Below, in pieces: positions 23,578-36,073 of a stretch of 64,000 nucleotides of DNA. Position numbers and translations under genes: made by a program. Each line of letters begins with the position of its first letter. Within the stretch, counting starts at the first letter, position 1. Source of the stretch: Vicugna vicugna (taxonomy: Eukaryota); contig MU062841.1 of assembly GCA_013265495.1 (NCBI GenBank), forward strand, positions 16,822,337 to 16,886,336, read 5' to 3'. The notes under the pieces are model-generated. The model was not told the origin of the DNA and did no database searches. It saw nothing but the letters and a program-made list of their open reading frames with translations.

Positions 23578-25479
23578 GACTAGATGGAGTTTGTATAGAT
23601 GGAGAGGCGGGGAGAGGCCACTCGGGCGTCAGGCAGGCGCAGAGGTGGACGGGCGCAGCATGGCGGAAGAACCTTAGTGGTCCCAGCTGCCCTGGCCCTT
23701 GGGTGAGGTTCTCGATCGTTCTGAGCGCTGCTCCCTCCTCCGTAGAGAGGGGCTCGGGCCAGACGAGCCCAGCGTTTTCTTTCTCGTTGAGCATAAATCT
23801 GCGCTTTGTTCTCCCAGCACCCAGCTTGTACCTGACACATGCACTCTGTGAATGAAGGAATGGTTCGTTGGCTGACTTAACATAAATGTCAACGCGATGA
23901 GAACAGAGAGAGCCGAATGAGGTAACTTGGTCAGTGATTATACCAGTAATACCTTGGCTCGCACATCACCTCACATCACCCACTGAAAACACGCTGCCTA
24001 ACCCAAACCTGCACGCACGGAATCCCGTTTTATTTAATGCGATCCGTTCCAGCAGAGAGCGTGGCACACATCAGGAAGCGAGGAGAGCCCTGGGCTGGGT
24101 GGTCTGGCCTCACCTGATTCGTGGCTGGTTTGGTGTCTCTTCCGCAGATTTAGTGACTTCCGGACAGTGCCGTCCGCCCTGGTAGGGCGGGGTGGGGTCA
24201 CAGCCCTCTGTCACCGCCCTTCACGGCGTAGAACACTCAGCCGAGACGTGGGGACTTTACTTCCATGTTATCAAAAGAAATTCATGGGAAATAAGGCTAG
24301 CCAAGGTGGGGTGCGGTAGGGGACGGTCCCAGCGCCGAGCCTTTAAATACAGCCTGATGTCAGAGAGCTCTGGGCCACGTGACCCAAGGAGGGCCCTGCT
24401 ACGATTGGATTCTTCCGACATGGAAAAATAAGGCAGGCTGACTACCGCCAGCCCGGAGAGGCGACAAATGTGTGACCTCGGGTGTGAGGATGACTGATTC
24501 CAGGCTGTCACAGGGAGACGTGCACACCTGCTCCCGCTGGAGCACAGTCCGCCCCGGCCAGCCGTCCTCAGATGGACCGGCTGGAGTCCTGGGGGGTGGG
24601 GGGAGGGATCGCATTAGCTGTTGCACAGCGAGGCTACGGAGCAGCTGCCCAGGCTGGAGCGGTCAGCCTCATGAGGCAGTGAGCACCCTGACGCTAGAGG
24701 TAATCAAGCCAGGTGACCACTGGGGGGTTCTCTAAGGGGATTCCAGCCTCTGGTTGGAGAAGGAGATCTCACTAAATGGCTTGAGGTTTTATGATCCTGT
24801 GATTTTTTTTCCCCAAACTCCAGTGTGAGTCTCCTCTTGAGCGGCCCCATCTCACCGTCTGTCCCTAGGAGCCGGCCCTAGTGCCTGAAACTCCACGTTA
24901 CAGCTTTAGTCTAGAAGTGGTACCGCAATCTCCTGCAGATGTCGGTTGCGTAAGAAGACGCTATGCAGTGTTATAGCTGTGGACTCTGTCGATTTATTTA
25001 GCAGCCCCTTCTTCCAATACTGGTGACGTGGGTCCCAGGGCGCCGGCCACCATGGCGGGGGGCTCTCACCTTCCAGAAGGCAGCATGCAGGCAGAGTGTG
25101 CCTGGGCTGGGGGTGGCGGAGAGCCGAGGGTGCACGAGGATCTGAGAGAGGAGGTGGGGTGGCGTGAGTGCCCCATCTTCGTCCCGTGCACAGCCCGGCC
25201 CAGGGCAGCCCTGCCCGGTCCAGCCGCCCCTCTTCCGCACGGCACTTCACACTTCCTGGAGGGAGCACTGGCCACTGGGCCGCTCCCCAGCAGTGGGCCC
25301 TGGGTATGTCTCTGTGCCACCCTACAGAGCTCAGCTCCCTCCTCTGCCAAACAAGAGGACACAGGTTCTGGCCTCCTAAGACCCTTCCCCCTGAATGGCG
25401 TGTGGGGCTGCCTTCAGGGCCACCCAGACCTAGTTGTGAAACCCAGTGCACTTTCCCTGAGCGATGCAACCTTGAGCAG

Positions 25480-25570
25480 GTGACCTAGGCTTCCGGAGCC
25501 TCCGTCCCCACCTCTGTGAAACGGGAGCAGCGGTGTTTGCTTCCAAGGATTGTTAACATGATGAAATAGG
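25480..25570 (+). mobile_element. MIR SINE
   Basis: cttccggagcctccgtccccacctctgtgaaacggg...aaggattgttaacatgatgaaat. Confidence 0.55.
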
Positions 25571-26254
25571 ACGGCTCCACAGCGACAGGGCGGCTGCTGA
25601 AAAGGCCGTCACTCGTCGTGTTACTAGTTACCATTTTGCCAGTTAACGCCTCAGTGGGACGAAGGAGCCTTCGCCTGTGGGAGGCAGGTGGGGCGGGGAT
25701 TCCGACCCGGCCGTCAGGCTTGCCACGTCCCCAGGGGAGAAGCGGCCCTGAGCGCCTGCTGGCTCGGACCCTGGTCCTGCTCCTCCCTTCTGCCTACTCC
25801 ATTCAGAAGCCTTGGAGACGCCGGATGCTGTGGCCTGGAGCTGCAGGCATGGGAAGCCTGGGCCCCCTCCCAAAGTGGCCTCCCCTGGCTGGGGTCTCCA
25901 CCCTCAGCGGCACGGGGCACCCTTGGACCAGACGTCAAGGTTGCTGTCCCCACAGTCCTCTGCCCAGAGGTGGGTGGGAAGCGCGTGGGCTCAGGGAGTC
26001 GGGCGACGGTGGGCTCGAAAGCCTGCCTGGCCACTAACGGCCACGTGCCCCAGGCCGTTCCCTCTGGTCTCGGAGCATTGGCTTCTTCACCTGTAGAGTG
26101 CGTGCAACAGCGCCACTTGCCAGGGCCCCGTGGGAATCACCCTGTCAGTCAGCGCCCAGCCCGCGGCGGGCCCTCGGTAAATGGGGTCGTCTTTCTTCCC
26201 CTTCTTCCTGCAGCTCAAAGCATTGGTTCCAGGAGTGATCGATATTTTTTCCGC

Positions 26255-26800
26255 ATTTTATTTCGTAATTTTTCAAACCTAAGCACATGTTGAAAGTACC
26301 TTTCGCCCAGATCCACCAACTTTGTGTGTCGCTGCTTTGTCACTATTTATGCCCATCGCTTCCTGTTGTTACGACGCTTCCCTTTCCCCTTAACCACCGT
26401 CAGCCTGTGTTTCCTACAGACAAGGGTGCTTCCTCATACACGCACATCAGCGAACTCAGGACTCTTAATGGGGGGGAAGACTTACCTGTGCGTGGTCTGC
26501 GTCCCGATTTTGCCAACGGTCCGCCTCGTGTCCTTTAGAGAAGTTTTTCCCTCTGGTCCACGATCCAGTCCAGGGTCAGGCCTTGCATTTGCTCGCTGGG
26601 TCTCCTTAGTGGATGAGTTCCTGGACTTTTCTGTCTTTCTCGCCCTCGACGCTGGGGAAGGGCGCAGGCCGGTGCTTTTGTGGAGCGTCCCTCACCGTGG
26701 CCTTGTCTGAGGGGGTTTCCTCGTGATCAGACGCAGGCCGTGCTCTCTGGCAGGAGTGCCCCGGGCAGATGCAGACTTCTCAGAGCCGCCTGTCGGGACA
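26255..26800 (-). mobile_element. Ancient L1 3' end (L1MC4/L1MC5-like)
   Basis: cccagatccaccaact...gtttcctacagacaaggg...gatccagtccaggg...gcaggccggtgcttttgtggagcgtccctca...ttgtctga...tttcctcgtgatcagacgcagg follows the antisense L1MC 3' consensus. Confidence 0.8.
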
Positions 26801-27359
26801 GCGAGGCGGACCTGCCCACCGCCGGGGCCGCTCGCGCGACTGACGCTGGGCTGAGGTGGAGTCCGCGAGCTTTCTCCCCAGCACAGGTGCCGGGTCTCCG
26901 CCCCTTTTGGAGTATGGTGCCATTTTAACCCTGGCTCCTGAGGCGAACAGCTGGGCTGTGGCTGGACTTCATCTACCTTCTCTGAACTCATGAAACAAAG
27001 ACTGTCCTGCTGCCTCTCAGAGGAGCCGGGCGGCGTGGATAAGACCCCGTGTGTGATGTGCTGAGCGCGGTGTCCGGGCTCGTTGGAGGAGACGCCTGGC
27101 GGCAATCAGAGGGTGTTCACCGAGCGCGTCGTCCCGAGGCTGAGGAGGGGGCTTGGGGTTCGGGAAGAGGCCCCTGCTGCCCCCGCTGATGGAGGGGCTC
27201 CCAGCAAGTAGCAGCAGAGGGACCGGGTGTCACGGGTGGCACTGGGAGGTGCGCTGAGCTCAGAGGCGCCAGGGGCAGGAGCGAGGGTCCAGTGGAAGGC
27301 AGATAAAGCTGGGAACGAGCGGGTGAGCCAGGTAGACCCGTGGCTGTGAGCCAGACCCA

Positions 27360-27550
27360 GGCTTCAGAATCCAGGCGATCTGTGCTTGGGTCCCGTCTCC
27401 TCTGTGAGCTGGCTGTGTGGCCTGGGACGAGTCAGGTGACCTCTCTGAGCCTCAGTTCCTTCCTCTATGAAATGAGGATGCGACCACATCCCTCATGAAA
27501 TTCTCAGAAGGTCAGTAAGATTAATGTCTGGCGCATGTAAGCACTCAGAC
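27360..27550 (+). mobile_element. MIR SINE
   Basis: ctggctgtgtggcctggg...ctctctgagcctcagttccttcctctatgaaatgaggatg. Confidence 0.8.
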
Positions 27551-27744
27551 ACGACGCGGCAGCACTGACCGTCCTGGCCGGGAGCTCCGTCCAGCGCCAC
27601 GGCCTTAGGAACACCTTCCCTGACCGCACTCCCCTGAAGCGAGAAGCAGGCTTCCCTGAAGTGCTCTCAGCATCACGTCCTCTCACGCTCTGCGGGGCCG
27701 TAAATCGGTACGACCTTCCTGGAGGACGTTTTGACAAACGGGGA

Positions 27745-28160
27745 TTTTGTTGGTCCGTGCTCTTAGCCGTAGACAACAGAATCCATGCGGCTCATTTAAG
27801 CAGAAAGGGGTTTATGAAGGGAAACAGGCCGCCTGCAGAATCGCCCGGGAGCGAGAGTTACATCCCCAGGCTGGGCTTCCAGGGGCGAGTCCCCAAAAGC
27901 ACAACATAAAACCCGTTGTCAGTGGAGCTGCTGCTTCTGCCTGGATCCGAAGTCCCCAGAACAGGAGTGGCCGCCGTGACCCCTGGCCCCAGCGCCAGGC
28001 TGCCTGTGTCCCGAGCTCTGTTGGCGAAGCTGGTGCCCCGCGCCCCTGCTCTGCTTCCCTCCCAGGACCCCCCTCAGCCGCAGAACCAGAGTCACGTCAG
28101 GAATCCGTCCCGTAAGAGAGGCTTGGTTTTCAGCTGCCCAGGACCTAGACACACCAGGAG
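27745..28160 (-). mobile_element. Old MaLR LTR (MLT1L/N-like)
   Basis: gacaacagaatcc...ttaagcagaaaggggtttatgaaggg...gcagaatc resembles the antisense MLT1N/L start. Confidence 0.55.
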
Positions 28161-28889
28161 GAGGTGGGCATGCTTGGAACTAGCCATGGACAAATCAGGA
28201 ACCAAAAGACTTCAGCCCTTTGACCTGGGAGTTGCTCTTCCAGGAGCCCGCGGGCAGGGGTGGCCAGGGAGGAGCAGTATTTGTGCCTAAGGAGGACGGC
28301 GTGGGGGGTAGCGGGGAGGGGCGAGAAAGCCAAACCCACGAACAGGGCTCGGTTAAATAAACTTTGGCGCATTCATGTGAAAGCTTTTGACCCAGCGAAA
28401 TGAGGTTTTGAAAAATTAAAAAACTTTCAGTAACATAGTATTAAAGGGGAAAAAGCACAACCTCTGTGTGCAGCGAGGTCGCGGCTGTGCGCGGAGGACA
28501 CACGCACGCGGGGCACAGCAGGGAAGGGCGTCCCCAGGACGGCGGCCTCGGCGTGACCAGAATCCCAGGGGGTTAAAAAATGTTCTCCTTTGTCTTCTTT
28601 TATACTGTTTGTGCTTTACAAGGATGTGTCTTATCTTCTGTAATTAACTGTTTTGGAAACTGAAGGATGTTAGAAACAGTGAGGGATTCACCCCTCTGGT
28701 TCCCACGTGGCTTTGCCTCGCGCAGGGGAGGCTGCAGTGGGGACGGGCCGTCTGGGAGACGCAGGAGCAGGGGAGGAGGCCGGTCTGGACGGCACTCAGT
28801 GGATGTCCATATGTGCTCCGTCCTCTCATAGAGGGATTGTCAAAGGGCTGGAGAGCAGCCGGCTCGAAGGACAAGGAATGCGGATGACT

Positions 28890-29325
28890 TAGAAGCAGAT
28901 GAAAAGACGCCAGCCTCAGTCATAATCAAAGAAATGCAAAATAAGACAAGGGCTGTTTTTCACTTAGCAGACTGGCCGAGATCACAGCGTCTGAGCACAC
29001 GGGCTGGTAGCCGGGGGCTCCGCCCACTCCGCCGGGGCCGTCACGTCCGTCAGAAGGGAAGACGCAGGTGCCTGAGACGCGGCCGCTCTGCTCTAGGGCC
29101 TGCGCTCTGCACTCCTGTGCAGGAGGCGTGGACAGGTGCTCGCTGTGGTGCTGCTGTCTCGGCCGGAGGTTAGGAGCCACGTTTTCAGTAGGGGTCTGAG
29201 TAAATAAACCATGCTGCCTTGGTCAGACGGAACACCGCGCTCAGCGCGAGGCACCTCGGAGACAGATTTATAAGTGATAAAGTCAAGGTGAAGAGCAAAG
29301 TATACAATGTCCTATTTTTGTAAGT
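28890..29325 (+). mobile_element. Degenerate L1ME-like ORF2 3'/UTR fragments
   Basis: atgaaaagacgccagcctcagtcataatcaaagaaatgcaaaataagac and taaataaaccatg...agcaaagtatacaatg. Confidence 0.65.
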
Positions 29326-31632
29326 GCAGCTCCCTAGGGGGCGGACTGAGGTATCTGAGGGTCTGAATTAAAGTCAACATTCATTGTTTCTATGTTCATC
29401 CTGTTGGGTTATTTGATCACGTTCATGTGTCATGTTTTCAATTTCAACATGTAATTTAAAAATAAAGGCTTGTTGAATTAATAATTGGATTAAGAAGCCA
29501 CAGAGAGGCATTTGGATGCGATGACGTGTGCCAGAGGGAGCCACTGGTGGTTCTCGAGCGGGGAGAGCAGCAGAGGAGTGGTGGTTGTTGAGGAGGAACA
29601 AAACTGTGCCAGGGAGAGGGGCCTGGTCAGCGGGCCGGGCCACGGCGGCACGGTCCCCAGGCAGGCAGGCTGCACCCAGGGCGTCTGGGGTCAGGGTCAG
29701 AGGAAGGGCCACTTCCTGAGTGCGCAGCCTCTCCTCCTACCCAGTCTGGGGGATTCTCTGCTGCCACGCCCCGTTACAGCCCACAGCTTTCCCGGGCGGT
29801 CTATGGGGCAATTCTCAGGTTCTGTGCAGCGCAGTTACTTGCTTCTTAACCACGGTCTCTTGAGCTCCCGTCATCTCAGCCACTGGTTGGAGCCCCTCAT
29901 CCTCTCGCTCCCTGCGCTCCCACCAGGGCTCTGCTTGCTTTCGCCCCCAACGCAGCCTCCCCACCCCCTTCCCCGACTCTCCCCTCTGAGCCCTCTGCTC
30001 CCCCCCACCCCCCCGCAGAGACACCCCGTTCCCGGGCTCGGCCAGTCCCTTCCCCTGGCTTTTCCGGGAGGACCCCGCCCGCCTTCCTCCAGCGTACCCT
30101 TAGGTACGACCCTCCACTTCATCCTCGCTTGGCTAGGCACCCAGGGAGGTCTCCATGGATCCTAAACCCCAGGAAGAGGGTGTGGGAAGGGATGACGGAG
30201 GCAGACTACGGCAAGGGGAAGATGTGTCCTGCCTTGCTTCACCTCAGCGGGTCTACGTATTTTAATTTTAAATACCGTTTCAAGTTATTTACCAGTGAGT
30301 GAAATGAATGCTCCCAGAGATGCCCCAAGCTGACCACTGATGCCACAGCCCAGGGTTTCTCAGCCCCGCGCTCTTGCCAGGCTGGGCGGGTGAGTCTTTG
30401 CCGTGGGGCGTCCTGTGCACAGAGGGAGGGGGGCAGCATCTCTGCCCACTGGCCGCCGCCGGTGGCTCTGCCCCCTCCAGCTGTGACAGAAAACATGCCT
30501 CCACGCTCACCCAGAGAGGCCACCCCTTGTCCTTTCACGGTCCCCCTCGTACAGAACCACGCGCAGACGGGGCAGCGGTCACGACGCCTCTCCCTGGGTC
30601 CTCACCTGGAGCCACGGTGGGGAGTTTCCCGCGTTGCAGGGGAGGCAGGCAGCGGCTGGCGTGGTGCCCTGTAAGTCACAGCACAGAGACCACCCGCACT
30701 CGTCCCCTCTCAGAACACGGACCTGGGTCCCCAGGCCTGACCCACTTCCAGAACGCTGAGATTCTCAGCCTCCTTCTAGTCAGATTCTTCTCGGTTCTTT
30801 GGCGCCCACCCAGAACTACCCGTGCTCTGCCTCCTAGACTCTTTTATTGCTAGGTCTACAAGGGCAATAAAAACAAAAAAAAAGGCTCAAAGGTTTCCGG
30901 GACATCAAATAGCTCCTTTTAAATTAAAAAGAAAGGGTAAGGGGAGACCTCCCACCTCTGTGCTTTGTCACACGAGTGAATTAGACACACATGGGCTACG
31001 GCTCCTTCTGGCCGGGCACTGTTTAGAGACACAAGGAGATAGCCCTTAAAAGGCTTCCCCGCGCCGTGTGGCTGCCTGGGTTTGCAGCGGTGAGGGCCGG
31101 AGCCCGGGAGCTGGGAGAGCCGCTAAGCCGCGGGAGGAGCCCTGCGCGCTGTGGCCGGACGGCTGCCCCGCCGCCCGGGGCTCGGGGGCGGCGTGGAAGG
31201 GAAGCGGAGCCCGGATGCTGGGCTCGTCCTCAGCAGCTTCTGCACGTGAGGTGCGCGTTCCGCCTTCTGGGTCTTTGCGCAGGCTCTTCTCTGCCTGGAA
31301 GGCCCTATCTCCCCATGAGCTTACCGTCTCCCTTGCTCTTCCAAGTGTGAGCAAAGATACATGCAAATCCATGCATGCGCGTGTGTGCGGTCACGCGTGT
31401 CTGTATGTAAACAACGAACTACATTTACATTGCAATGTGGTTTATATGATGGAACGTGGAACCTGGCGAAGCGCCGTGCGGTGGCAGAGGAGTAAAGAAC
31501 TGGTGGTGTGGGTCTGCAGCACAATGGCACTCAGGCGGCAAAGACGGAAGACTCCAACGGCCACTGGCTTGACTGGATGAACAGAAGCTAAAACAGCATG
31601 TAGGACCCCATTTAAAAAGCACATTAGACCAA

Positions 31633-31988
31633 GAGGGTTCTGGGAAGATGGCAGAGTGCGACGCGCCAGGACTCTGTCTCCCCGTTTAGACACCAAGCGC
31701 AGAATCTGTATGAAGGAACCACTGTGGAGGCTGCCGAGGGCTGGCGAGTGCCCGGGGAAGGCTGTGGTGGTAAACGGCCGTTGACCTGGCGCAGCTTCGG
31801 CTCCCAGCTCCGCAGCATCTGCCTCCCGCCACCCCAGCCCCGTGGCAGCAGCTACGCGCAGGTTCCAAGAGCAGGAGTGGGGAGCCGGGGGGAGCCCTAA
31901 GGACCCTGCCTTCACCCGAGAAGCCTGGCCTGCAAACCTGTCTTTCAAAAACGAGGGCGAAGTCGAGACCTTCCCAGACAAACAAAAG
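31633..31988 (+). mobile_element. Internally deleted ancient L1: 5' UTR joined to the ORF1 C-terminal coding relic
   Basis: 31633-31912 matches the L1M 5' end (gggttctgggaagatggcagag...tctgtctcccc...ccccagccccgtggcag...taaggaccctg). 31915-31988 translates to WPANLSFKNEGEVETFPDKQK, close to L1 ORF1 YPAKLSFKNEGEIKTFPDKQK. Confidence 0.8.
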
Positions 31989-32768
31989 GTCCGTGTATCC
32001 GGTTCTGCGCTGCGGCTGCGGGTCGCTGCCTCTGCTCACAGGCGCGAAGACGGGGGGCGCAAGCCCCTCCACCTCCAGCTGCAGCCGCTGCGAGGGGAGG
32101 GACAGGGCCCAGCGCCTTTTTCTCGCCTCTTCGTTTTCTTTTGGCACCCAGACGTAAAAGGACCAGGACATTCCAAAGCACCTGTCCGAAAGCTGATAGA
32201 AATCATTTCCATCTATTTGGAAGGCCATTATTGTCCCCGCCTGGTGGTGGAAGACACCGAGGATCAGAAAGAGCAAGGAATTTATTCAAAGTCACAGAGA
32301 CAATAAACTGAGAATCAGGGACTTGAGCCCAGGTCTACTCAAAAGAGCATGATTGTTTCATTAACTCAGCACAGGCTCTGTGGGGTGTGTGTGTGCGTTT
32401 GCAGAGAAAGAGATGGTTTGAAAGAACACAGGCGGGTTCCCTGCTCCTGCCACCCCTGCTGCTGGGGGAGACGGTGTTAAACGGCCGATGGTCCCGCGGT
32501 TGGTCTCATGCACCTTTACGCATGTGTTCGCTTGTCGCTGCCCGGCTGTCCGGGCCAGGCCAGCTCTGCTATCGGGTCCCCCCGCCTCCCCGAGCGTCCT
32601 GTGTTCCCGTCAGAGCACTTACCGCAGTAGCGGTTCAGTCACTTGTGCACCTCCCTCAACACTGCTCTCCTTCACGGGGCTGCCAGCTCGTGAGGGCAGG
32701 GACCTGCCTCCCTTGGGCAGCACTATGTCATCCTCTTTTTCTTAATGGTTTGATAATGCTTGCTTCAC

Positions 32769-32985
32769 TTTTTTAATCTAATTTTTATTGAAGTGCAGTT
32801 GATTTATAGTGTTGGTGTCAGGGGCAGAGCAAAGCGGTGCAGCTATACCTGAACAAACACGCGCTCTTCAGATGCCTTTCCATTACAGGTTATTGCAAGA
32901 AAGCGAATGCTGTTCCCTGTGCTACACAGGAGGCCCCTGTTGCTCACCTGCTTTGTGTGTCACGTATCACCTTGCACCTAGCACA
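32769..32985 (-). mobile_element. L1 3' tail (Laurasiatherian/artiodactyl type)
   Basis: tttttattgaagtgcagttgatttatagtg...ttccattacaggttattgcaaga...gttccctgtgctacac. Confidence 0.85.
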
Positions 32986-34576
32986 GGGGGCAGAGTGTGT
33001 GCTCCTAGGATTTGTTTCACAAATAGATGCATGGTAGGATGGACGGACACATGGATGGAGTCGTACATGTTTGGATGCTCAGATGGACAGGTGGATCTCA
33101 GCTCAGTGGAGGCCTGAGACATGCAGGGACCCAGAGCCCTAGGCCTGGGGCTCTGGGCTGAGAGTCACGGCAGACCAACATGATGGTATCTCTGTCCCCA
33201 AACCCTGCCTGGGCCATGAGTCACCCATACTTGCTGAAAACCACATGCTTCTTTCCACAACGAGGCTGCCCAGAGGGGCCCCCAGGCCTCCAAGGGCATC
33301 GGGAAAACTCTGCTCACACGCACAGTGACTGCAGCCCCTGGTCGCCGCCGGCTCTCTGATGTGCTCTGTGTGAGTCAGAACTGCGGTGGCCTCAGTGCTG
33401 CTCCTGTGTCAGCAGCCCTTGGACGTCTTTGAAAGAGCACAGCCGGAAGCGGCAGGCTGTCTTTGGGTTAAGACTGCAGACCGTCCTTTGATTTGATGGC
33501 TCCTCGATTTGATTATAACCAGACTTGGGATGAAAGGGGCAAAAATGTCCAAGAGAGAAATGGGGGGACCCTCCCACTAGGGCAACATGAGGGAGATGCT
33601 CCAGGCCTTCGGGGGGAACGTCTCCAGCCCTGCTCTCCAGCGGGTCCACTGTCGGTACCACCATCCCGCTCAGACGAGGGTCTGACACACCTTGAACTCC
33701 CTCGCTTCCTTTCTCACCTATGCTCTCCTCTTGCCACGGATGCCACCCCGTTTCCCATCCCTGCAGCTCTCAGATCCAAGCACGTGCAGCCTCCCAGCTC
33801 CGGGCCGGGGCTCCATTCCCCCCCGCCCCGGCTCCTGACCCGCCTGCTCTCTGTGCTCCTGTCGCACCCATTTCCCACCTGGCAGTTGCTCACGTCACTC
33901 TTAAAGAGACTGTGCATCTTGCCGTGTTCTGTCACAGCTTGCAGACAGAAAATTGTGGTGCCATGGGGACACCACATGGCACTCTTGGGGCCAAGAGGAA
34001 GAACCTGGACCCTGACTCAGCTATTTCCTTCTTGTCTGGTCTCAGAGAAGGTCACCCCTGCAACCAGGGGTGTTCCTGGGTAGTTATGAACGTGAAGTAA
34101 GACGATGGTCATTAGCGTGCGCTGTGATGTGCAGTGGCTGGCAGGTGTGCGGGTTGAGCCACACCACCGTCATCCTCAGTCTCCGTGCCATTTCCAGCAT
34201 CAGCACCATCACCCTCTCGTCGTCATCACATGCTGTTCACGTGTGCTACCTTCCAAACCAGAGCCTCTTGTGAGGGCCCCCAGCACACCGAGCACAAGGC
34301 CAGGTACACAGTTGGGACCCGGTGACCCTTTCTTACTCACCTGATACACTCAGAGGAACGTAAGTCAGAGGGAGAAGGCTGGGTTTGACAGGACGTCGTA
34401 CAGAGATCCAGCTTTCTTCCTCTGTCTGATGAGGCACAGTTGGAAAGCAAGCACATTCTGAAAGTCAGACGCCTCCCTGCCTGACGTGGTCTTGGGCACT
34501 GTTTTGCCACGGTCCCTAACGCACCAGGGCACTTCCTAACTCACGGTCTCACCCAGCCTTCGAGAATCCTGAGAAA

Positions 34577-34708
34577 GAGGGCAGTGTGGCTCAGTGGCAG
34601 AGTGTGTGCTTAGCACGCATGAGGTCCTGGGTTCAAGCCCCACTGCCTCCACTAAAAAATCCTAAATACCTACCCCTCCAAAAACGTACAATAAGAAAGT
34701 TTTCTGAA
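34577..34708 (+). mobile_element. Camelid tRNA-derived SINE (Vic-1 family) with 15-bp TSD
   Basis: gtggctcagtggcagagtgtgtgcttagcacgcatgaggtcctgggttcaagcccc. Flanked by gagaatcctgagaaa (34562-34576) and gagagtcctgagaaa (34709-34723), 14/15 identical. Confidence 0.92.
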
Positions 34709-35024
34709 GAGAGTCCTGAGAAACCTAAGTGCATCAGTGCCCCACTTTACAGTCAAGCGAAGTGAGGCCCAGCAAGGCCAAGGGGCTCGCTCGTTTCACG
34801 GCAAAGCAGTGAATCACCGGTAGAACCCAGCCTGGGAAGCAGGCTCCTAGCCTTGGCCTTGGATCTTTCCCGGGGGAGACTCACTGCACTGAAATAATTT
34901 TCTGCCACGAATTTAGAGAGAGATTTTAGAACTGTCACTATTGGTCGCGGTGTCCTTGCCAGGACCCATCACCATCCGCATGCTATGCCTGAGGGGACCG
35001 AGGCTCTGAGCGGTGAGATGTCCT

Positions 35025-35114
35025 GCCAAGGTCAGAGAGAGGAGTGGGGCCAGGGCCAAGGTCAGAGAGAGGAGTGGGGCCAGGGCCAAGGTCAGAGAGA
35101 GGAGTGGGGCCAGG
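35025..35114. repeat. 30-bp minisatellite, 3 perfect copies
   Basis: (gccaaggtcagagagaggagtggggccagg)x3. Confidence 0.95.
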
Positions 35115-35359
35115 CTCTCATCCCCTAACACCCACTGAGCACATCGAGGCCTGTGGGCTGAGCCTCCTGCCGGTGTGAACCTCTCCCCATTCTCCGGTTC
35201 CCCCACTCACAGGAAGTTCAGGTCAACCACATCCTGCCACGTCCCTGCAGACGAGATAATGATCCTCACCACCACCATTCTCTGTCCCACCACAGCCCAG
35301 CCCGGCCTGGAGAAGGCGACGTCAGCGCTGGAAGGGGCCAGGCTCTGTGCTCCATGGCG

Positions 35360-35520
35360 CATCCCCCTCCAGAGTCATCTGGGACACTTGTTAACAGTCA
35401 AGTCCCCAGGCCATCTCTAGATGAGGCCATGGAGCCCAACTAGGGGCCTGGGGATCTGCATTTTAGACAAGCCCCCTGCATCATTCTAGGAGTGTTCAAG
35501 TGTGGGAAGCCACTAGTCCA
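35360..35520. mobile_element. MER5-like hAT MITE
   Basis: gagtcatctgggacacttgttaa...ggggcctggggatctgcattttagacaagcccc...gggaagccactagtc. Confidence 0.6.
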
Positions 35521-35879
35521 GCTCTCATTTTCAGAGAGAGAAACTGAGGTCCAGAGAGGCCCCCAGCAGCGCGGGGTGGGTTGCCTCTTCAGCACGCCTG
35601 TTCCTTCTGTGTAAAGGGACCAGTGAGGCTACTGAATTCGCACTCCACTGTTAGGGAAACGGGCGGGGAAGGCTGACTAGGCCGGCTGGGGCCCTCAGCC
35701 AGCCAGCTCCACATAAGCAAAGGAATGAAACTTCGCAGAGGGTGAGAACGGCTTTTGGAGGCCCTCCAGGAGAACTCCGTGCATCCAAGGCTGCATCCAC
35801 AAGTAGACAATTTGGAAGGCGCCTCCTTGGAGCGTCGTGGAGCTGACCTCCAGGCCAGAAGGAGGAACACACCAGCCCA

Positions 35880-36073
35880 GAAGTAGGAGAACCGCTGCCC
35901 GCAGGGCCGAGCTGGCCTGCTGCCTGTTTCCGTGAAGTTTGGCTGGAGCATCGCCACCCCCACTTGTTTGTGTATTGTTTGTTTATGGCTGCTTTGCTTT
36001 TGTGCTAAAATGGCAGAGTAAAGCCCAAAATATTTCCTGCCTGGCCCTTTCCCGAAGAAGCTTGCCAGCCCCC
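35880..36073 (+). mobile_element. MER58A hAT MITE
   Basis: tatggctgctttgc...aatggcagag...aaagcccaaaatatttcctgcctggccctttcccgaagaagcttgccagcccc. Confidence 0.8.

Noticed and set aside
31430-31625. Possible L1 ORF2 endonuclease 5' relic just upstream of the L1 5' UTR
   Set aside because: The similarity is too degenerate to support by eye.
31842-32306. 154-aa ORF as an L1TD1-like domesticated gene
   Set aside because: Only about 26 residues are L1 ORF1-like, the start is GTG inside the L1 5' UTR, and the rest is unrecognisable. Kept as a TE finding only.
35025-35114. CRISPR-like 30-bp direct repeats
   Set aside because: There are no spacers and the context is mammalian; it is a plain minisatellite.
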